DNA of 64,000 nt, from positions 100,013 through 164,012 of the forward strand of contig OZ241911.1 of NCBI GenBank assembly GCA_965203785.1. Reading direction: 5' to 3'. Source of the stretch: Bdellovibrionales bacterium. Its GTDB lineage: Bacteria; Bdellovibrionota; Bdellovibrionia; Bdellovibrionales; UBA1609. Under the pieces are notes generated by a model that was given only the letters and a program-made list of their open reading frames with translations, was not told the origin of the DNA and ran no database searches. A program made the translations under genes and the position numbers. Below are positions 45,803 through 55,931 of the stretch, one piece after another (within the stretch, counting starts at the first letter, position 1; the number at the start of each line of letters is the position of its first letter).

Positions 45803-46828
45803 ATGTTGATTTATCTTCTTAAGCGATTACTGGCGGTTACTCCCACTCTTTTTGGAATCACTTTGGTATGTTTTTTTATTATCAACTTAGCCCCTGGGGG
45901 ACCAATTGAACAAAAAATAGCTCAACTGCAATTCGCCAACCAATCCACTTCCATGAGTGGGGAATCTTCCAATGCGTCTCATATTTCAGAAGAAGTGTTG
46001 TTAGCACTTAAAAAACAATATGGATTCGACAAACCCATTTACATTCGCTACTGGCTTTGGTTAAAAAGTATTGCCACTTTAGATTTTGGAGAAAGTTTTT
46101 TTTACGAAGAGCCTGTGATTGATGTCATTGTTTCTAAATTTCCAGTGTCTTTACAATTTGGTTTAATTTCTTTTTTGTTAATTTATTTGGTATGCATTCC
46201 CTTAGGGGTAGCCAAAGCGGCTCGAGTGCATTCGAACTTTGATTTAACCAGCACTATGGTGGTTTTAGTCATGTATTCGATCCCTCCACTCGTGTTAGGG
46301 GTGTTGCTTAAAACTTACTTAACTGGTGGCACGGGATGGGGGTGGTTTCCGGTCGGAGACCTTTATTCGGATCAATACTTCGATAAAGGGGGGTGGGGTC
46401 AGCTGATCGACCGCATTCATCATTTTATTTTACCTATGGTGTGTTATATGATTGGCTCTTTTGCCGTTTTGACTTTTTTAACTAAAAATTCTTTGTTAGA
46501 CGAAATTAAATTGGATTATATCCGAACGGCTCGAGCCAAAGGGCTTTCAGAAAAAGTGATTGTCTTTAAGCATGCTTTAAGAAATGCACTCATTCCGATT
46601 GTCACAGGGATTGGAGCTTATTTAGGGGTATTTTTTGCAGGTTCTATTATTATAGAAAAGCTATTTACTTTAGATGGAATTGGTCTATTGGGTTATAACT
46701 CGGTGATTAACCGAGATTACCAAGTGTTAATGGCTTTAATTTTTTTGCAATCTGGACTGGGTCTTTTTGGGAGAATTGTATCCGATTGGATGTATGTTTT
46801 AGTGGATCCTCGGATTAATTTTTCTTAA
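45803..46828 (+). CDS. yejB: ABC transporter permease (YejB-like)
   Basis: MLIYLLKRLL..PTLFGITLV.FFI..LAPGGP, and the EAA-type loop YIRTARAKGLSEK.V..KHALRNALIP. Confidence 0.8.
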   Translation: MLIYLLKRLLAVTPTLFGITLVCFFIINLAPGGPIEQKIAQLQFANQSTSMSGESSNASHISEEVLLALKKQYGFDKPIYIRYWLWLKSIATLDFGESFFYEEPVIDVIVSKFPVSLQFGLISFLLIYLVCIPLGVAKAARVHSNFDLTSTMVVLVMYSIPPLVLGVLLKTYLTGGTGWGWFPVGDLYSDQYFDKGGWGQLIDRIHHFILPMVCYMIGSFAVLTFLTKNSLLDEIKLDYIRTARAKGLSEKVIVFKHALRNALIPIVTGIGAYLGVFFAGSIIIEKLFTLDGIGLLGYNSVINRDYQVLMALIFLQSGLGLFGRIVSDWMYVLVDPRINFS

Positions 46829-46859
46829 TTAAAAACATGCCTCAGTAGAAAGTTTTAAT

Positions 46860-47885
46860 ATGATTGAACAATGGATTAAAAATAAAGACAGTTTAAAAAG
46901 ATGGAGAAAATTTAAATCTCACAAAAAAAGTGTGATAGCCAGTTGGTGTTTTTTATTTATTTTATTTTTAAGTATAACTGCTGAATTTTGGGCGAATAAC
47001 AAACCCCTTGTGATGTTTTACCAAGAGCATGTGTATTTTCCAGTTTTTATAAATTATCATCCATCTGATTTGAATTTAAAAACCGATGCTCAAGTGATCG
47101 ATTATCGCACCTTAAATTTATCTCATCCCAATTGGGCGATTTGGCCTCTTATTAAATGGGACCCTTTTGAATCCAACACTTTACCGGCACATTATCCTTC
47201 CCCTCCTTCTTACAAAAATTGGTTAGGCACTGACGACCGCGGAAGAGATGTATTAGCTCGTTTAATTTATGGGTTTCGCTACAGTATTGGTTTTGCCATT
47301 ATGGTGTGGTTGTTTTCATATTTAGTGGGTAGTGTGATTGGGGCCACTATGGGTTTTATAGGCGGTCTATTAGATTTAATTGGGCAAAGATGTGTAGAAG
47401 TGATAGAGACCATCCCCTTTCTTTTGTTGTTAATTACTTTGGTGGATTTAATGGGAGGGGGGTCTTTTTGGTTGTTAGTGATTTTGATGTCTTGTTTTCG
47501 GTGGATTAATATTTCTTATTATATTCGAGCGGAGTTTTTAAAAATCAGAAAAAGAGATTTTATTTCTGCATGCCAAGCTCAGGGAATGTCTCGTATAAGA
47601 ATTATGTTCCGACACATTTTACCCAATGCTTTAAACCCGATTATCACTTTTTCGCCTTTTTCTTGGGCGAGTTCTATTTCTTTTTTGGCTGGGATGGATT
47701 ATTTAGGTTTTGGCTTAACCCCTCCCACTCCTTCTTGGGGAGAACTCCTTTTACAAGCTGAAAAATACTTTACAATCGGATGGTGGTTAGCTCTTTACCC
47801 TTCCTTAGCTTTGTTTATGACTTTAATGGTTTTAATCTTTATGGGAGATGGAATCCGAAGTGCTTTTGACCCCCACGACACTTGA
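46860..47885 (+). CDS. yejE: ABC transporter permease (YejE-like)
   Basis: NWLGTDDRGRDVLARLIYGFRYSI, and FISACQAQGMSRIRIMFRHILPNAL. Confidence 0.8.
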   Translation: MIEQWIKNKDSLKRWRKFKSHKKSVIASWCFLFILFLSITAEFWANNKPLVMFYQEHVYFPVFINYHPSDLNLKTDAQVIDYRTLNLSHPNWAIWPLIKWDPFESNTLPAHYPSPPSYKNWLGTDDRGRDVLARLIYGFRYSIGFAIMVWLFSYLVGSVIGATMGFIGGLLDLIGQRCVEVIETIPFLLLLITLVDLMGGGSFWLLVILMSCFRWINISYYIRAEFLKIRKRDFISACQAQGMSRIRIMFRHILPNALNPIITFSPFSWASSISFLAGMDYLGFGLTPPTPSWGELLLQAEKYFTIGWWLALYPSLALFMTLMVLIFMGDGIRSAFDPHDT

Positions 47886-49115
47886 AGAAGTTTTATCGGT
47901 GTCGGTGTAATGTTTAAAAAGAAAAAATATTTTTTTCTTAAACCATTCCATTTCTGCAAACGAAACCAAAACAGAAGTCGTCAAAATCGAAAAGGGAATA
48001 ACGGCAAAAATGAGGTTTTGAATCCACTCTCCGTCAGCTAAACCTCTTTGAAAAGGCAAGGTTGCCAATACCGCACACGCCAACCCTCTGGGTCCCATCG
48101 CCACTGCCGTGATCGCAGATAAAAAACCCGCTTCTTTGGGAAACACCACTCGCACACACAAATAACGAGTGATAAAAATTAAAGCCACTAAAGCAATCGC
48201 CCATAAAACAATAACAACCCCTTGAATTTGAATCAAAAGCCCTAAGTAGATAAAGAAAAAAGTGCGCAGTAAAAAAGTCACTGAACCAAGTAAAGACATT
48301 TCTTCTGTAGACACGGGCTTATCTTCTAAAAATTTTCTTAAAAAAACTGGCAATAAATTGACATTGGCTAAAGTAAAACCCAAAGCTAAAACTCCAATGG
48401 CCCCATTTAGAGAAAAAAACTCTAAAATCCCATAAGTTAAAAGTGCTCCCGCCTCTCCACTAAACGATAATTGAGAAATATCGGTTCGCTTTCTTAAAAA
48501 AGCCCAAGTTATACCAGATATAACTCCTATCAAAACCGACAAAGCGGGTGTGGAACTTAAGTTAATAAAAAACTGACCTCCACCTTCTGAACCTTGAGAA
48601 GTCAGATACTCTAACAAGCCTAAAAAAATGACAATCGTCAACACATCTGTAAAAGCCGACTCCAAAGAAAGCACCGTCTTAGTTTGTGCAGAAATAGAAA
48701 GAGGTTTGACCATGGGAATCACAATCGCCGAAGAAGTACTCCCCACTCCCACTCCCACTAAAAGTGCAGTCAAAGGGTTTAAAACAGGTAACAAAAGTAA
48801 AGTAGTTAGCCCGGCTACACTTAAAAAACTCAATAGAGAAAGAAGTAAAGCCGATACAGAAGACTCCATTAAATCTTTAGCACTTAAGTGCAACCCCCCT
48901 TCGTATAAAATCACAATTAAAGTAATAATAGAAAGCACCGACCCCGCCTGACCTAAATGCTCAGTGGGGTTAATAACACTTGCACCCGAAGGACCTAAAA
49001 CAAAACCAATAATAATTAAAATTAAAAGATCTGGAATTTTTGTCTTAACAAAAAACCAACTTAAAAAATGACCTAAGAAAAATAAAATTGATAATCCAAT
49101 AATAATAATATCCAT
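47832..49115 (-). CDS. Cation:proton antiporter (CPA family)
   Basis: 427 aa, ~11-12 TM, with the N-terminus IIIGLSILFFLGHFLSWFFVKTKIPDLLILIIIGFVLGP typical of Na+/H+ exchanger family proteins. Its 3' end overlaps the convergent yejE-like gene by 54 bp. Confidence 0.75.
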   Translation of the reverse strand: MDIIIIGLSILFFLGHFLSWFFVKTKIPDLLILIIIGFVLGPSGASVINPTEHLGQAGSVLSIITLIVILYEGGLHLSAKDLMESSVSALLLSLLSFLSVAGLTTLLLLPVLNPLTALLVGVGVGSTSSAIVIPMVKPLSISAQTKTVLSLESAFTDVLTIVIFLGLLEYLTSQGSEGGGQFFINLSSTPALSVLIGVISGITWAFLRKRTDISQLSFSGEAGALLTYGILEFFSLNGAIGVLALGFTLANVNLLPVFLRKFLEDKPVSTEEMSLLGSVTFLLRTFFFIYLGLLIQIQGVVIVLWAIALVALIFITRYLCVRVVFPKEAGFLSAITAVAMGPRGLACAVLATLPFQRGLADGEWIQNLIFAVIPFSILTTSVLVSFAEMEWFKKKIFFLFKHYTDTDKTSSSVVGVKSTSDSISHKD

Positions 49116-49178
49116 CTAATACGCCCCTTTGCCTTTTATATATACGCCCTTGCCATTTATATACCCCTTTTATACACC

Positions 49179-51092
49179 CTAAGATAAATAAGTATACCCA
49201 GCCAAGGCTTGGTGATAATTTTTTAATAAACAACCAGCTTCTTCTCGGCTCAGCTTCCCTTTTAAAACTGCCTGCTCAGTTGTTTTATGAATTTTCTCCA
49301 TCAATTCTCTTTTATGATAGCCGACATATTTTAACATGTCATAGACAGAATCTCCTTCTACATGATGATCGACCGAATAAGCTCCGTTTTTTTCAACCGA
49401 AATATGTAAGGCATCGGTGTCTCCAAACAAATTATGCATGTCGCCTAATATTTCTTGATACGCTCCTGTCAAAAAAGCAGCCATATAGTAAGGGGTTTTT
49501 TCTTTTAAGCTATGCACCATAAGATGTTTTTCGTTTTTCCATAATTCATAATTCATAAAATAAGATATTTTCCCATCTGAATCGCATGTTAAATCCACTA
49601 ATCGAGCTCGACGATTGGGTTTTTCGTTTAAACGATGCACTGGCATAACCGGAAACACATGCCCCAAAGCCCACGAGTCGGGCAAACTTTGAAACACAGA
49701 AAAATTAGAAAAATACACATCGGCTAATTCATGAATTAAAAATTGAAAAATATCTTCGTAATCTTTTTTTCCTTCCACAATTTGTTTTAATCGAGAAGCA
49801 GTTAAATAATAAATATTTTCTGCTAAAGCGACATTTTTTAAATCCAATACTCCATAAATAAATAATTGATGAATATCTTTCTTTTTTTCTATTAAATCGT
49901 TAAAGGATTCACTCACTGGATTGGTTTCTAAACCTTTATAAATATCATATAAATCTTTTACAAAAGAGTGAGTTTTTTTGTTTGGCAAGGGGGGAGAGGT
50001 TTGAGGTAGGGGTGTTTTTTCAATCCAATTGGCCGATATGACATTAAAAATTAAAAGAGAACTATGAGCCGTTAAAAATCGACCCGATTCGGAAATAATA
50101 TGAGGGTGAGGAGTTTGAGTTTCGTCACATATTTTTTGTAAATGATAAACAATATCGTTTGCGTATTCTTGAGCCGTGTAGTTAGTGGATGAATCCGAAT
50201 CTCCCGACCCATCGTAGTCAACTCCTAAACCTCCTCCCACATCTAAGTATTCAATTTTGACATGGGCTTGATGAAGCTCGGTTAAAACTCGTGCCGCTTC
50301 TCGAATGGCTGATTTAATGGGATGAATGGAGCAAACTTGAGAGCCTAAGTGAAAGTGAAGTAACTTAAGGCAAGATAAATTATTTTGTTCTTTGAGTATT
50401 TGGATTCCTCGTACAATTTCGCTGGCAGTCAGACCAAATTTAGAACGAGAACCCGAGCTATTCATCCACCGACCTCCTCCTTGGGTGTTGAGTTTAATCC
50501 GAAAGCCAATTTGCACACTTGTGCCAAGGGTTTTAGCCATTTTTAAAATCACCGATAATTCTTCTAATCGTTCGACCACAATAAAAATCTTTTGCCCAGC
50601 TTTCGAAGAAAGAAGAGCTGTTTGAATGTATTGAGAATCTTTAAATCCGTTGCAAATAATAATTCGACCCGAATGATTCATCACTGCCAAAGCAATTAAA
50701 AGTTCTGGTTTGCTTCCCACTTCCAATCCGAATCGATACGCTCGACCGGAGCGAATAATGTCGTTTACTACATAACTTTGCTGATTAACTTTAATGGGAA
50801 AAACTCCTTGATACTTTCCGCGATAGCCGTATTCTTGAATGGCTTGTTTAAAACAGCTAGTCAGTTTAGTCATTTGAGAGTGAACGATATCGGGAAAGCG
50901 AATCAACAGAGGCAGGCGAACATTTTGCCTTTCCATTTCTGTAACAATTTTATGTAAATCTAGGCGAGTACCGGTTTTTCCCTCGGGAGTGATTTCCACA
51001 TGACCTTTTGAATTGAGATGAAAGTATCCATCTCCCCATACGGGGACACCGTATATTTTGGCACTGTCTTTGGTCGTCCAAGATTTAGTCAT
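49179..51092 (-). CDS. speA: Biosynthetic arginine decarboxylase
   Basis: 637 aa with YGV..WG.GYF.....G.V, the PLP site FPIKVNQQ, YLDVGGGLGVDYDG, and the C-terminal SpeA-type region. Confidence 0.9.
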   Translation of the reverse strand: MTKSWTTKDSAKIYGVPVWGDGYFHLNSKGHVEITPEGKTGTRLDLHKIVTEMERQNVRLPLLIRFPDIVHSQMTKLTSCFKQAIQEYGYRGKYQGVFPIKVNQQSYVVNDIIRSGRAYRFGLEVGSKPELLIALAVMNHSGRIIICNGFKDSQYIQTALLSSKAGQKIFIVVERLEELSVILKMAKTLGTSVQIGFRIKLNTQGGGRWMNSSGSRSKFGLTASEIVRGIQILKEQNNLSCLKLLHFHLGSQVCSIHPIKSAIREAARVLTELHQAHVKIEYLDVGGGLGVDYDGSGDSDSSTNYTAQEYANDIVYHLQKICDETQTPHPHIISESGRFLTAHSSLLIFNVISANWIEKTPLPQTSPPLPNKKTHSFVKDLYDIYKGLETNPVSESFNDLIEKKKDIHQLFIYGVLDLKNVALAENIYYLTASRLKQIVEGKKDYEDIFQFLIHELADVYFSNFSVFQSLPDSWALGHVFPVMPVHRLNEKPNRRARLVDLTCDSDGKISYFMNYELWKNEKHLMVHSLKEKTPYYMAAFLTGAYQEILGDMHNLFGDTDALHISVEKNGAYSVDHHVEGDSVYDMLKYVGYHKRELMEKIHKTTEQAVLKGKLSREEAGCLLKNYHQALAGYTYLS

Positions 51093-53491
51093 TGTGCGAT
51101 GATATTAAGAATCTGACCAGTTTTGTAAATAATTTTTTTAATTACTTTCCCTTTTAGAGCATTTTGAACTGGTTTTTTTTGCCGAGCCAACTGAACTGCT
51201 AATTCTTCGGTGGTATTTGCGGGACATAAAATAGAACTTCGTGTTTTTCCGTTCACTTGAACACCCAAAACATGAGTTTTTTGCTCTTGAGATTGAACTT
51301 CCCATTTAGGCCATGGGTGTAAAGACACAAAACCCTCCCCTCCTAAACCCGACCATATCTCTTCTGCAATATGAGGAGCAAAAGGCATCAGTAACTGAGC
51401 TAAAGTTTTTAAAACCCGATGATTGACAATTTTTTTTCGATACATCTCGTTTACTAAAATCATCATGGCACTTATTGCTGTATTTAAATTTAAACTTTCG
51501 ATATCTTCGGTCACCTTTTGAATTGTGCGATTATAAAGAGATAAAAAAGATTCGGAGACCACCCCTTGTTCGTGTCTGACTTTTTGTTTTTCATCAAAGC
51601 ACAACCTCCACACTCTTTCTAAAAACCGCCGACACCCTTCAATCCCTTGAGAAGACCAAGGTTTATCTTTTTCTAAAGGACCTAAAAAAGTTACAAATAA
51701 ACGAATTGCATCGGCTCCGTACTGATCTCTTAAAATGTCTGGATTAACTGTGTTGGCATGAGATTTAGACATTTTTTGCCCATCTTCTCCTAAAATAGTG
51801 CCTTGGTGAATCAGCTTTAAAAAAGGTTCGGGATGCGATACCAAACCCATCTCAAAAAAAAATTTTTGCCAAAATCTCGCATATAATAAATGCCCCACCG
51901 TGTGTTCAGCCCCTCCAACATATAAATCCACTGGCATCCAATATTTTTGTTTCTCAAAATCAAACGCCGCTTTTGAATTATGAGGATCCACATAACGAAG
52001 AAAATACCAAGAAGAAGCCGCATACCCTGGCATCGTGGAGCTATCTCTTCTCCCCACTCGACCCGTCGAAGGGTGTGTGTATTGCATAAATTGTTTTTGC
52101 CGAGCCAAAGGGGGTTCACCTTTTTCCGATGGTTTGTAATGAACCGTCTGAGGCAACACAACCGGAAGTTCTGAATCACAAACAGCTTGAGTTTTTTTGT
52201 CAAAATACACGACGGGGAAAGGCTCCCCCCAATATCTTTGCCGAGAAAAAATCCAATCTTTTAATTTGTATTGAGTTTCCACCCGACCCACTGAGAGAGC
52301 TTCTAACCTCTGGATGATTTTTTGCCTCGCCTCTTTACCCTGCAAACCATTCAAAAAATCTGAATTAATATGCGGAATGTCCCCTTCAAAAGGTAAAGTT
52401 TTATGGTCCATAATTTTTTTAATAGGGAGATGAAAAGTATTTGCAAACTCAAAATCTCTTTCGTCATGAGCTGGAACTGCCATAATGGCACCTGTTCCAT
52501 ATTCCATTAAAACATAATCTGCTATCCAAACGGGGATTTTCTCTTTTGTCAAAGGATGAATAACCCAAGCTCCTGTCCAAACACCTGTTTTATTTTTGCC
52601 AATTTGTCGATCCACTTCTGATAAATTTTGAGCCTGCTTTTGATAATCTAAAACTTGCTTTTTATGAGAGCTACCTGCAATCTCGCTTGCCAAAGGATGT
52701 TCGGGAGCCAATACCAAAAAAGTAACCCCAAACAAAGTGTCTGGACGAGTGGTAAATACTTCGATTTTTTTTTTAGAATTGAAAACCGAAAAAAAAATCC
52801 TAACCCCTTGGCTTTTTCCAATCCAATTTTTCTGCCCCTCTAGAGTATGTTTTGGCCAATCCAGATGCTTTAACCCCTCTAATAGAGAATCCGCATATTG
52901 AGTGATTTTTAATATCCACTGCAAAACCCGTTTTTTAAAAACTAAATGTCCGCCTCTTTCACTTCTTCCGTTGATCACTTCTTCGTTAGCTAAAATAGTT
53001 CTCAGATGAGGACACCAATTGACTGGAGTTTTTTTCTGATAAGCCAGATTTTTTTTAAAAAACTGAATAAAAATCCATTGAGTCCATTTATAAAAACTGG
53101 GATCACAAGTGGAGATTTCTCTGTTCCAATCAAAACTATAACCAAAAGATTTGAGTTGCCGGCGAAAATTAGAAATCGCTTGCTCTGTAATAACTGACGG
53201 ATGAATCCCCGTTCGAATGGCATACTGCTCAGCTGGCAAACCAAAGGCATCATACCCCATGGGGTGTAGCACATTAAACCCATTGGCTCTCTTAAAACGA
53301 GCGATAATTTCTGTCGGAGTATAAGAAGCAATATGCCCAATATGAAGACCCGAACCCGACGGGTAGGGAAACATACTCAGAGCATAAAATTTAGGACGAG
53401 TGAGATCTAACTCCACATTAAAACAACGTTTAATTTCCCATTTTTTTTGCCACTTTTTTTCTATCTCGTTGTGATCAAAAGCCATAACCAA
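51089..53491 (-). CDS. leuS: Leucine--tRNA ligase
   Basis: The HIGH motif is PYPSGSGLHIGH and the KMSKS motif is QKMSKSHAN, with an editing domain present. The stop overlaps the speA start (4 nt). The start is either TTG 53491 or ATG 53485. Confidence 0.95.
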   Translation of the reverse strand: MVMAFDHNEIEKKWQKKWEIKRCFNVELDLTRPKFYALSMFPYPSGSGLHIGHIASYTPTEIIARFKRANGFNVLHPMGYDAFGLPAEQYAIRTGIHPSVITEQAISNFRRQLKSFGYSFDWNREISTCDPSFYKWTQWIFIQFFKKNLAYQKKTPVNWCPHLRTILANEEVINGRSERGGHLVFKKRVLQWILKITQYADSLLEGLKHLDWPKHTLEGQKNWIGKSQGVRIFFSVFNSKKKIEVFTTRPDTLFGVTFLVLAPEHPLASEIAGSSHKKQVLDYQKQAQNLSEVDRQIGKNKTGVWTGAWVIHPLTKEKIPVWIADYVLMEYGTGAIMAVPAHDERDFEFANTFHLPIKKIMDHKTLPFEGDIPHINSDFLNGLQGKEARQKIIQRLEALSVGRVETQYKLKDWIFSRQRYWGEPFPVVYFDKKTQAVCDSELPVVLPQTVHYKPSEKGEPPLARQKQFMQYTHPSTGRVGRRDSSTMPGYAASSWYFLRYVDPHNSKAAFDFEKQKYWMPVDLYVGGAEHTVGHLLYARFWQKFFFEMGLVSHPEPFLKLIHQGTILGEDGQKMSKSHANTVNPDILRDQYGADAIRLFVTFLGPLEKDKPWSSQGIEGCRRFLERVWRLCFDEKQKVRHEQGVVSESFLSLYNRTIQKVTEDIESLNLNTAISAMMILVNEMYRKKIVNHRVLKTLAQLLMPFAPHIAEEIWSGLGGEGFVSLHPWPKWEVQSQEQKTHVLGVQVNGKTRSSILCPANTTEELAVQLARQKKPVQNALKGKVIKKIIYKTGQILNIIAQ

Positions 53492-53494
53492 CCA

Positions 53495-55222
53495 TTAACC
53501 TCCCGAGGCGAGTGAAGAAAAAGGAGAGGGAGGGATCGGGGAAGGAATTGATTGTAAAAGAGTTTTCGTATAGGGATTTTTTGGATTTTTATAAATATCT
53601 TCTGGCGGATTTTGTTCGACAATTTTTCCGTTTTTCATCACACATATTTCATCGGAGATAAATTTCACAACCGCTAAGTCGTGAGAGATAAAAATATAAG
53701 TTAGATTTAATTCTTCTTTTAAATTTAAAAGTAAGTTAATAATTTGAGCTTGAACCGATACATCCAAAGCCGAAACAGATTCGTCACAAATAATAAAATC
53801 GGGCTGAACAGCTAAAGCTCTGGCGATGCAAATTCTTTGCCTCTGCCCTCCAGAAAATTCATGGGGGTAGCGATTCAACATATCGGCACTTAGTCCCACT
53901 CTTTCCATTAATCGCCCAGCTTCTATCTGACGAGCTTTCGAATCGACTCCCAAGCGATGAATCACCATAGGTTCTATAAGAGTGGTCCCAATTGTCATCC
54001 GAGGATTTAAAGAAGCATAAGGGTCTTGAAAAATAACTTGCATTTTTTTTCTTAAAAGTCGCATCTGCCGATGAGGAAGTTTCATAATGTTTACTCCTTC
54101 GTAAAGAACTTCTCCACCACTTGCCAATAAGAGGCGCAAAATGACTCGTCCTAAAGTGGTCTTTCCCGAACCACTTTCCCCCACTAAACCCATTGTCTGA
54201 CCTTTGCGAATAGTAAACGATACATCGTCTACTGCTTTCACCCAAGATTTAACTTTCCCAAAAAAAGTTTTTTGCAACGGAAAATACTTTTTTAAATTTT
54301 TAACCTCTAACAAAACCTTCACAGATGAAAAGGATTTAGATTTTTTGACACCCCATTTTTTTTGATCCGGCAAAATGGCTTTTCCTTCGCTATCTAAGTA
54401 ATCACTCATAACTGGTAGACGAGCAGTGGAGCTATCCAATAACGGACGACAGTGAATTAACCCCTTGGTATAAGGGTGTTGAGGATTTTTAAAAAGATTG
54501 GCTGTGGAGTTTCTCTCCACAATTTGACCTCGATACATAACCAATACATGATCTGCCACTTGAGCAATTAAACTCAAATTGTGAGTGATAAAAAAAATAC
54601 TCATCGAATATTTTTTTTGAAGTCTTTTTAAAAGGTCCATAATCTGTTTTTGAATAGTCACATCTAAAGCCGTGGTCGGCTCATCGGCAATTAATAAGTC
54701 GGGGTGACATGCAATTGCCATGGCAATCATCACTCTTTGCCTCTGCCCTCCACTGAGTTGATGAGGATAAGCTTTAATACGGTCCATGGGGTTATCTATT
54801 TCAACTTGATTTAATAGCTCGATGGATCGATTAAAAGCCTGCTTTTTAGACATACCAGAATGTAAAATCAACACTTCCGATATTTGGCTTCCAACTGTAA
54901 AAACAGGATTGAGACTCGACATAGGCTCTTGAAAAATCATAGAAATCCGATTGCCTCTAATTTTTCTTATCTCCTGTTCGGGAAGACTGAGTAAATCTTT
55001 TTGATCGCAAAAAATTTGCCCCGAAGAAATTTTCCCAGGAGGTGTGGAAATAAGACGCATAATAGACAAAGCCGTTACACTTTTCCCCGAACCACTTTCC
55101 CCCACCAAACCCATTGTTTGACCTTTGCGAATAGTAAACGAAATATCTCGCACAGCCAGAATTTTTTGAGCCGATGTTTGAAACTCAACTGATAAATTTT
55201 TAACTTCGATTAGAACAGACAT
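53495..55222 (-). CDS. yejF: ABC transporter ATP-binding protein with duplicated ATPase domains (YejF-like)
   Basis: Two copies each of Walker A (GESGSGKS/T), signature (LSGGQRQR) and Walker B (LLIADEPT / FIICDESV). Confidence 0.88.
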   Translation of the reverse strand: MSVLIEVKNLSVEFQTSAQKILAVRDISFTIRKGQTMGLVGESGSGKSVTALSIMRLISTPPGKISSGQIFCDQKDLLSLPEQEIRKIRGNRISMIFQEPMSSLNPVFTVGSQISEVLILHSGMSKKQAFNRSIELLNQVEIDNPMDRIKAYPHQLSGGQRQRVMIAMAIACHPDLLIADEPTTALDVTIQKQIMDLLKRLQKKYSMSIFFITHNLSLIAQVADHVLVMYRGQIVERNSTANLFKNPQHPYTKGLIHCRPLLDSSTARLPVMSDYLDSEGKAILPDQKKWGVKKSKSFSSVKVLLEVKNLKKYFPLQKTFFGKVKSWVKAVDDVSFTIRKGQTMGLVGESGSGKTTLGRVILRLLLASGGEVLYEGVNIMKLPHRQMRLLRKKMQVIFQDPYASLNPRMTIGTTLIEPMVIHRLGVDSKARQIEAGRLMERVGLSADMLNRYPHEFSGGQRQRICIARALAVQPDFIICDESVSALDVSVQAQIINLLLNLKEELNLTYIFISHDLAVVKFISDEICVMKNGKIVEQNPPEDIYKNPKNPYTKTLLQSIPSPIPPSPFSSLASGG

Positions 55223-55277
55223 AGCTTTCCATTATGTATTGATTTTTGATCCAATTGGCAATACAAAAGACATTAAG

Positions 55278-55931
55278 ATGAGAACTCAACAACAAAACCC
55301 CCGGTCCCAATATTTAGATTCTGTCTTTTCTAAAGAAGATGAAACTTCTCAAAAGATCCTTAAATATTCTCAACAAAAAAAAACCGACTATATGCAAATT
55401 TCAGCTTACGAAGCAGGGATTTTACAATTTCTATGCCACGGTTTAAAAGTTAAAAAAGCAATCGAGATTGGCACCCTCTATGGCTACTCTGCTCTGAAGA
55501 TTGCTCAAGCTCTCCCAGAAGATGGATGTCTTTTGACTTTAGATAGTAGTTTAGAAAGGCAAACCCAAGCAAAAATTCTCATGCAAGATGACCCGCATGC
55601 AAAAAAAATTCAATTTATACATGGTCTTGCCTTAGATAGTTTAGAACAACTGAAAAACCAAGCTCCTTTCGATATGATTTTTATCGATGCCGATAAAAGA
55701 GCTTATTTAGATTACCTGCACTGGGGTCACCAACATTTAAAAACAGGAGGTTTAATTATTGCCGATAATACTTTTTTGTTCGGGGCCATTTATAGTCCAG
55801 CCACCTCTGCTGAAGACCCTGTGGCTTTAAAAGTAATGAAAGAATTTAACCGAGAACTAGCTCAATCGGGTAAATACACTTCTACCTTAATTCCCACTGC
55901 AGAGGGATTAACAGTCGGAATTAAAAATTAA
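55278..55931 (+). CDS. Class I SAM-dependent O-methyltransferase (family 3, caffeoyl-CoA OMT-like)
   Basis: KKAIEIGTLYGYSALKIAQALPEDG, FDMIFIDADKRAY, and GGLIIADN. The track ORF starts at TTG 55239; ATG 55278 is preferred. Confidence 0.8.
   Translation: MRTQQQNPRSQYLDSVFSKEDETSQKILKYSQQKKTDYMQISAYEAGILQFLCHGLKVKKAIEIGTLYGYSALKIAQALPEDGCLLTLDSSLERQTQAKILMQDDPHAKKIQFIHGLALDSLEQLKNQAPFDMIFIDADKRAYLDYLHWGHQHLKTGGLIIADNTFLFGAIYSPATSAEDPVALKVMKEFNRELAQSGKYTSTLIPTAEGLTVGIKN

Noticed and set aside
51817-54245. Multiple 60-128-aa ORFs inside leuS and the yejF-like gene.
   Set aside because: They are nested in well-supported long CDSs and carry no motifs.
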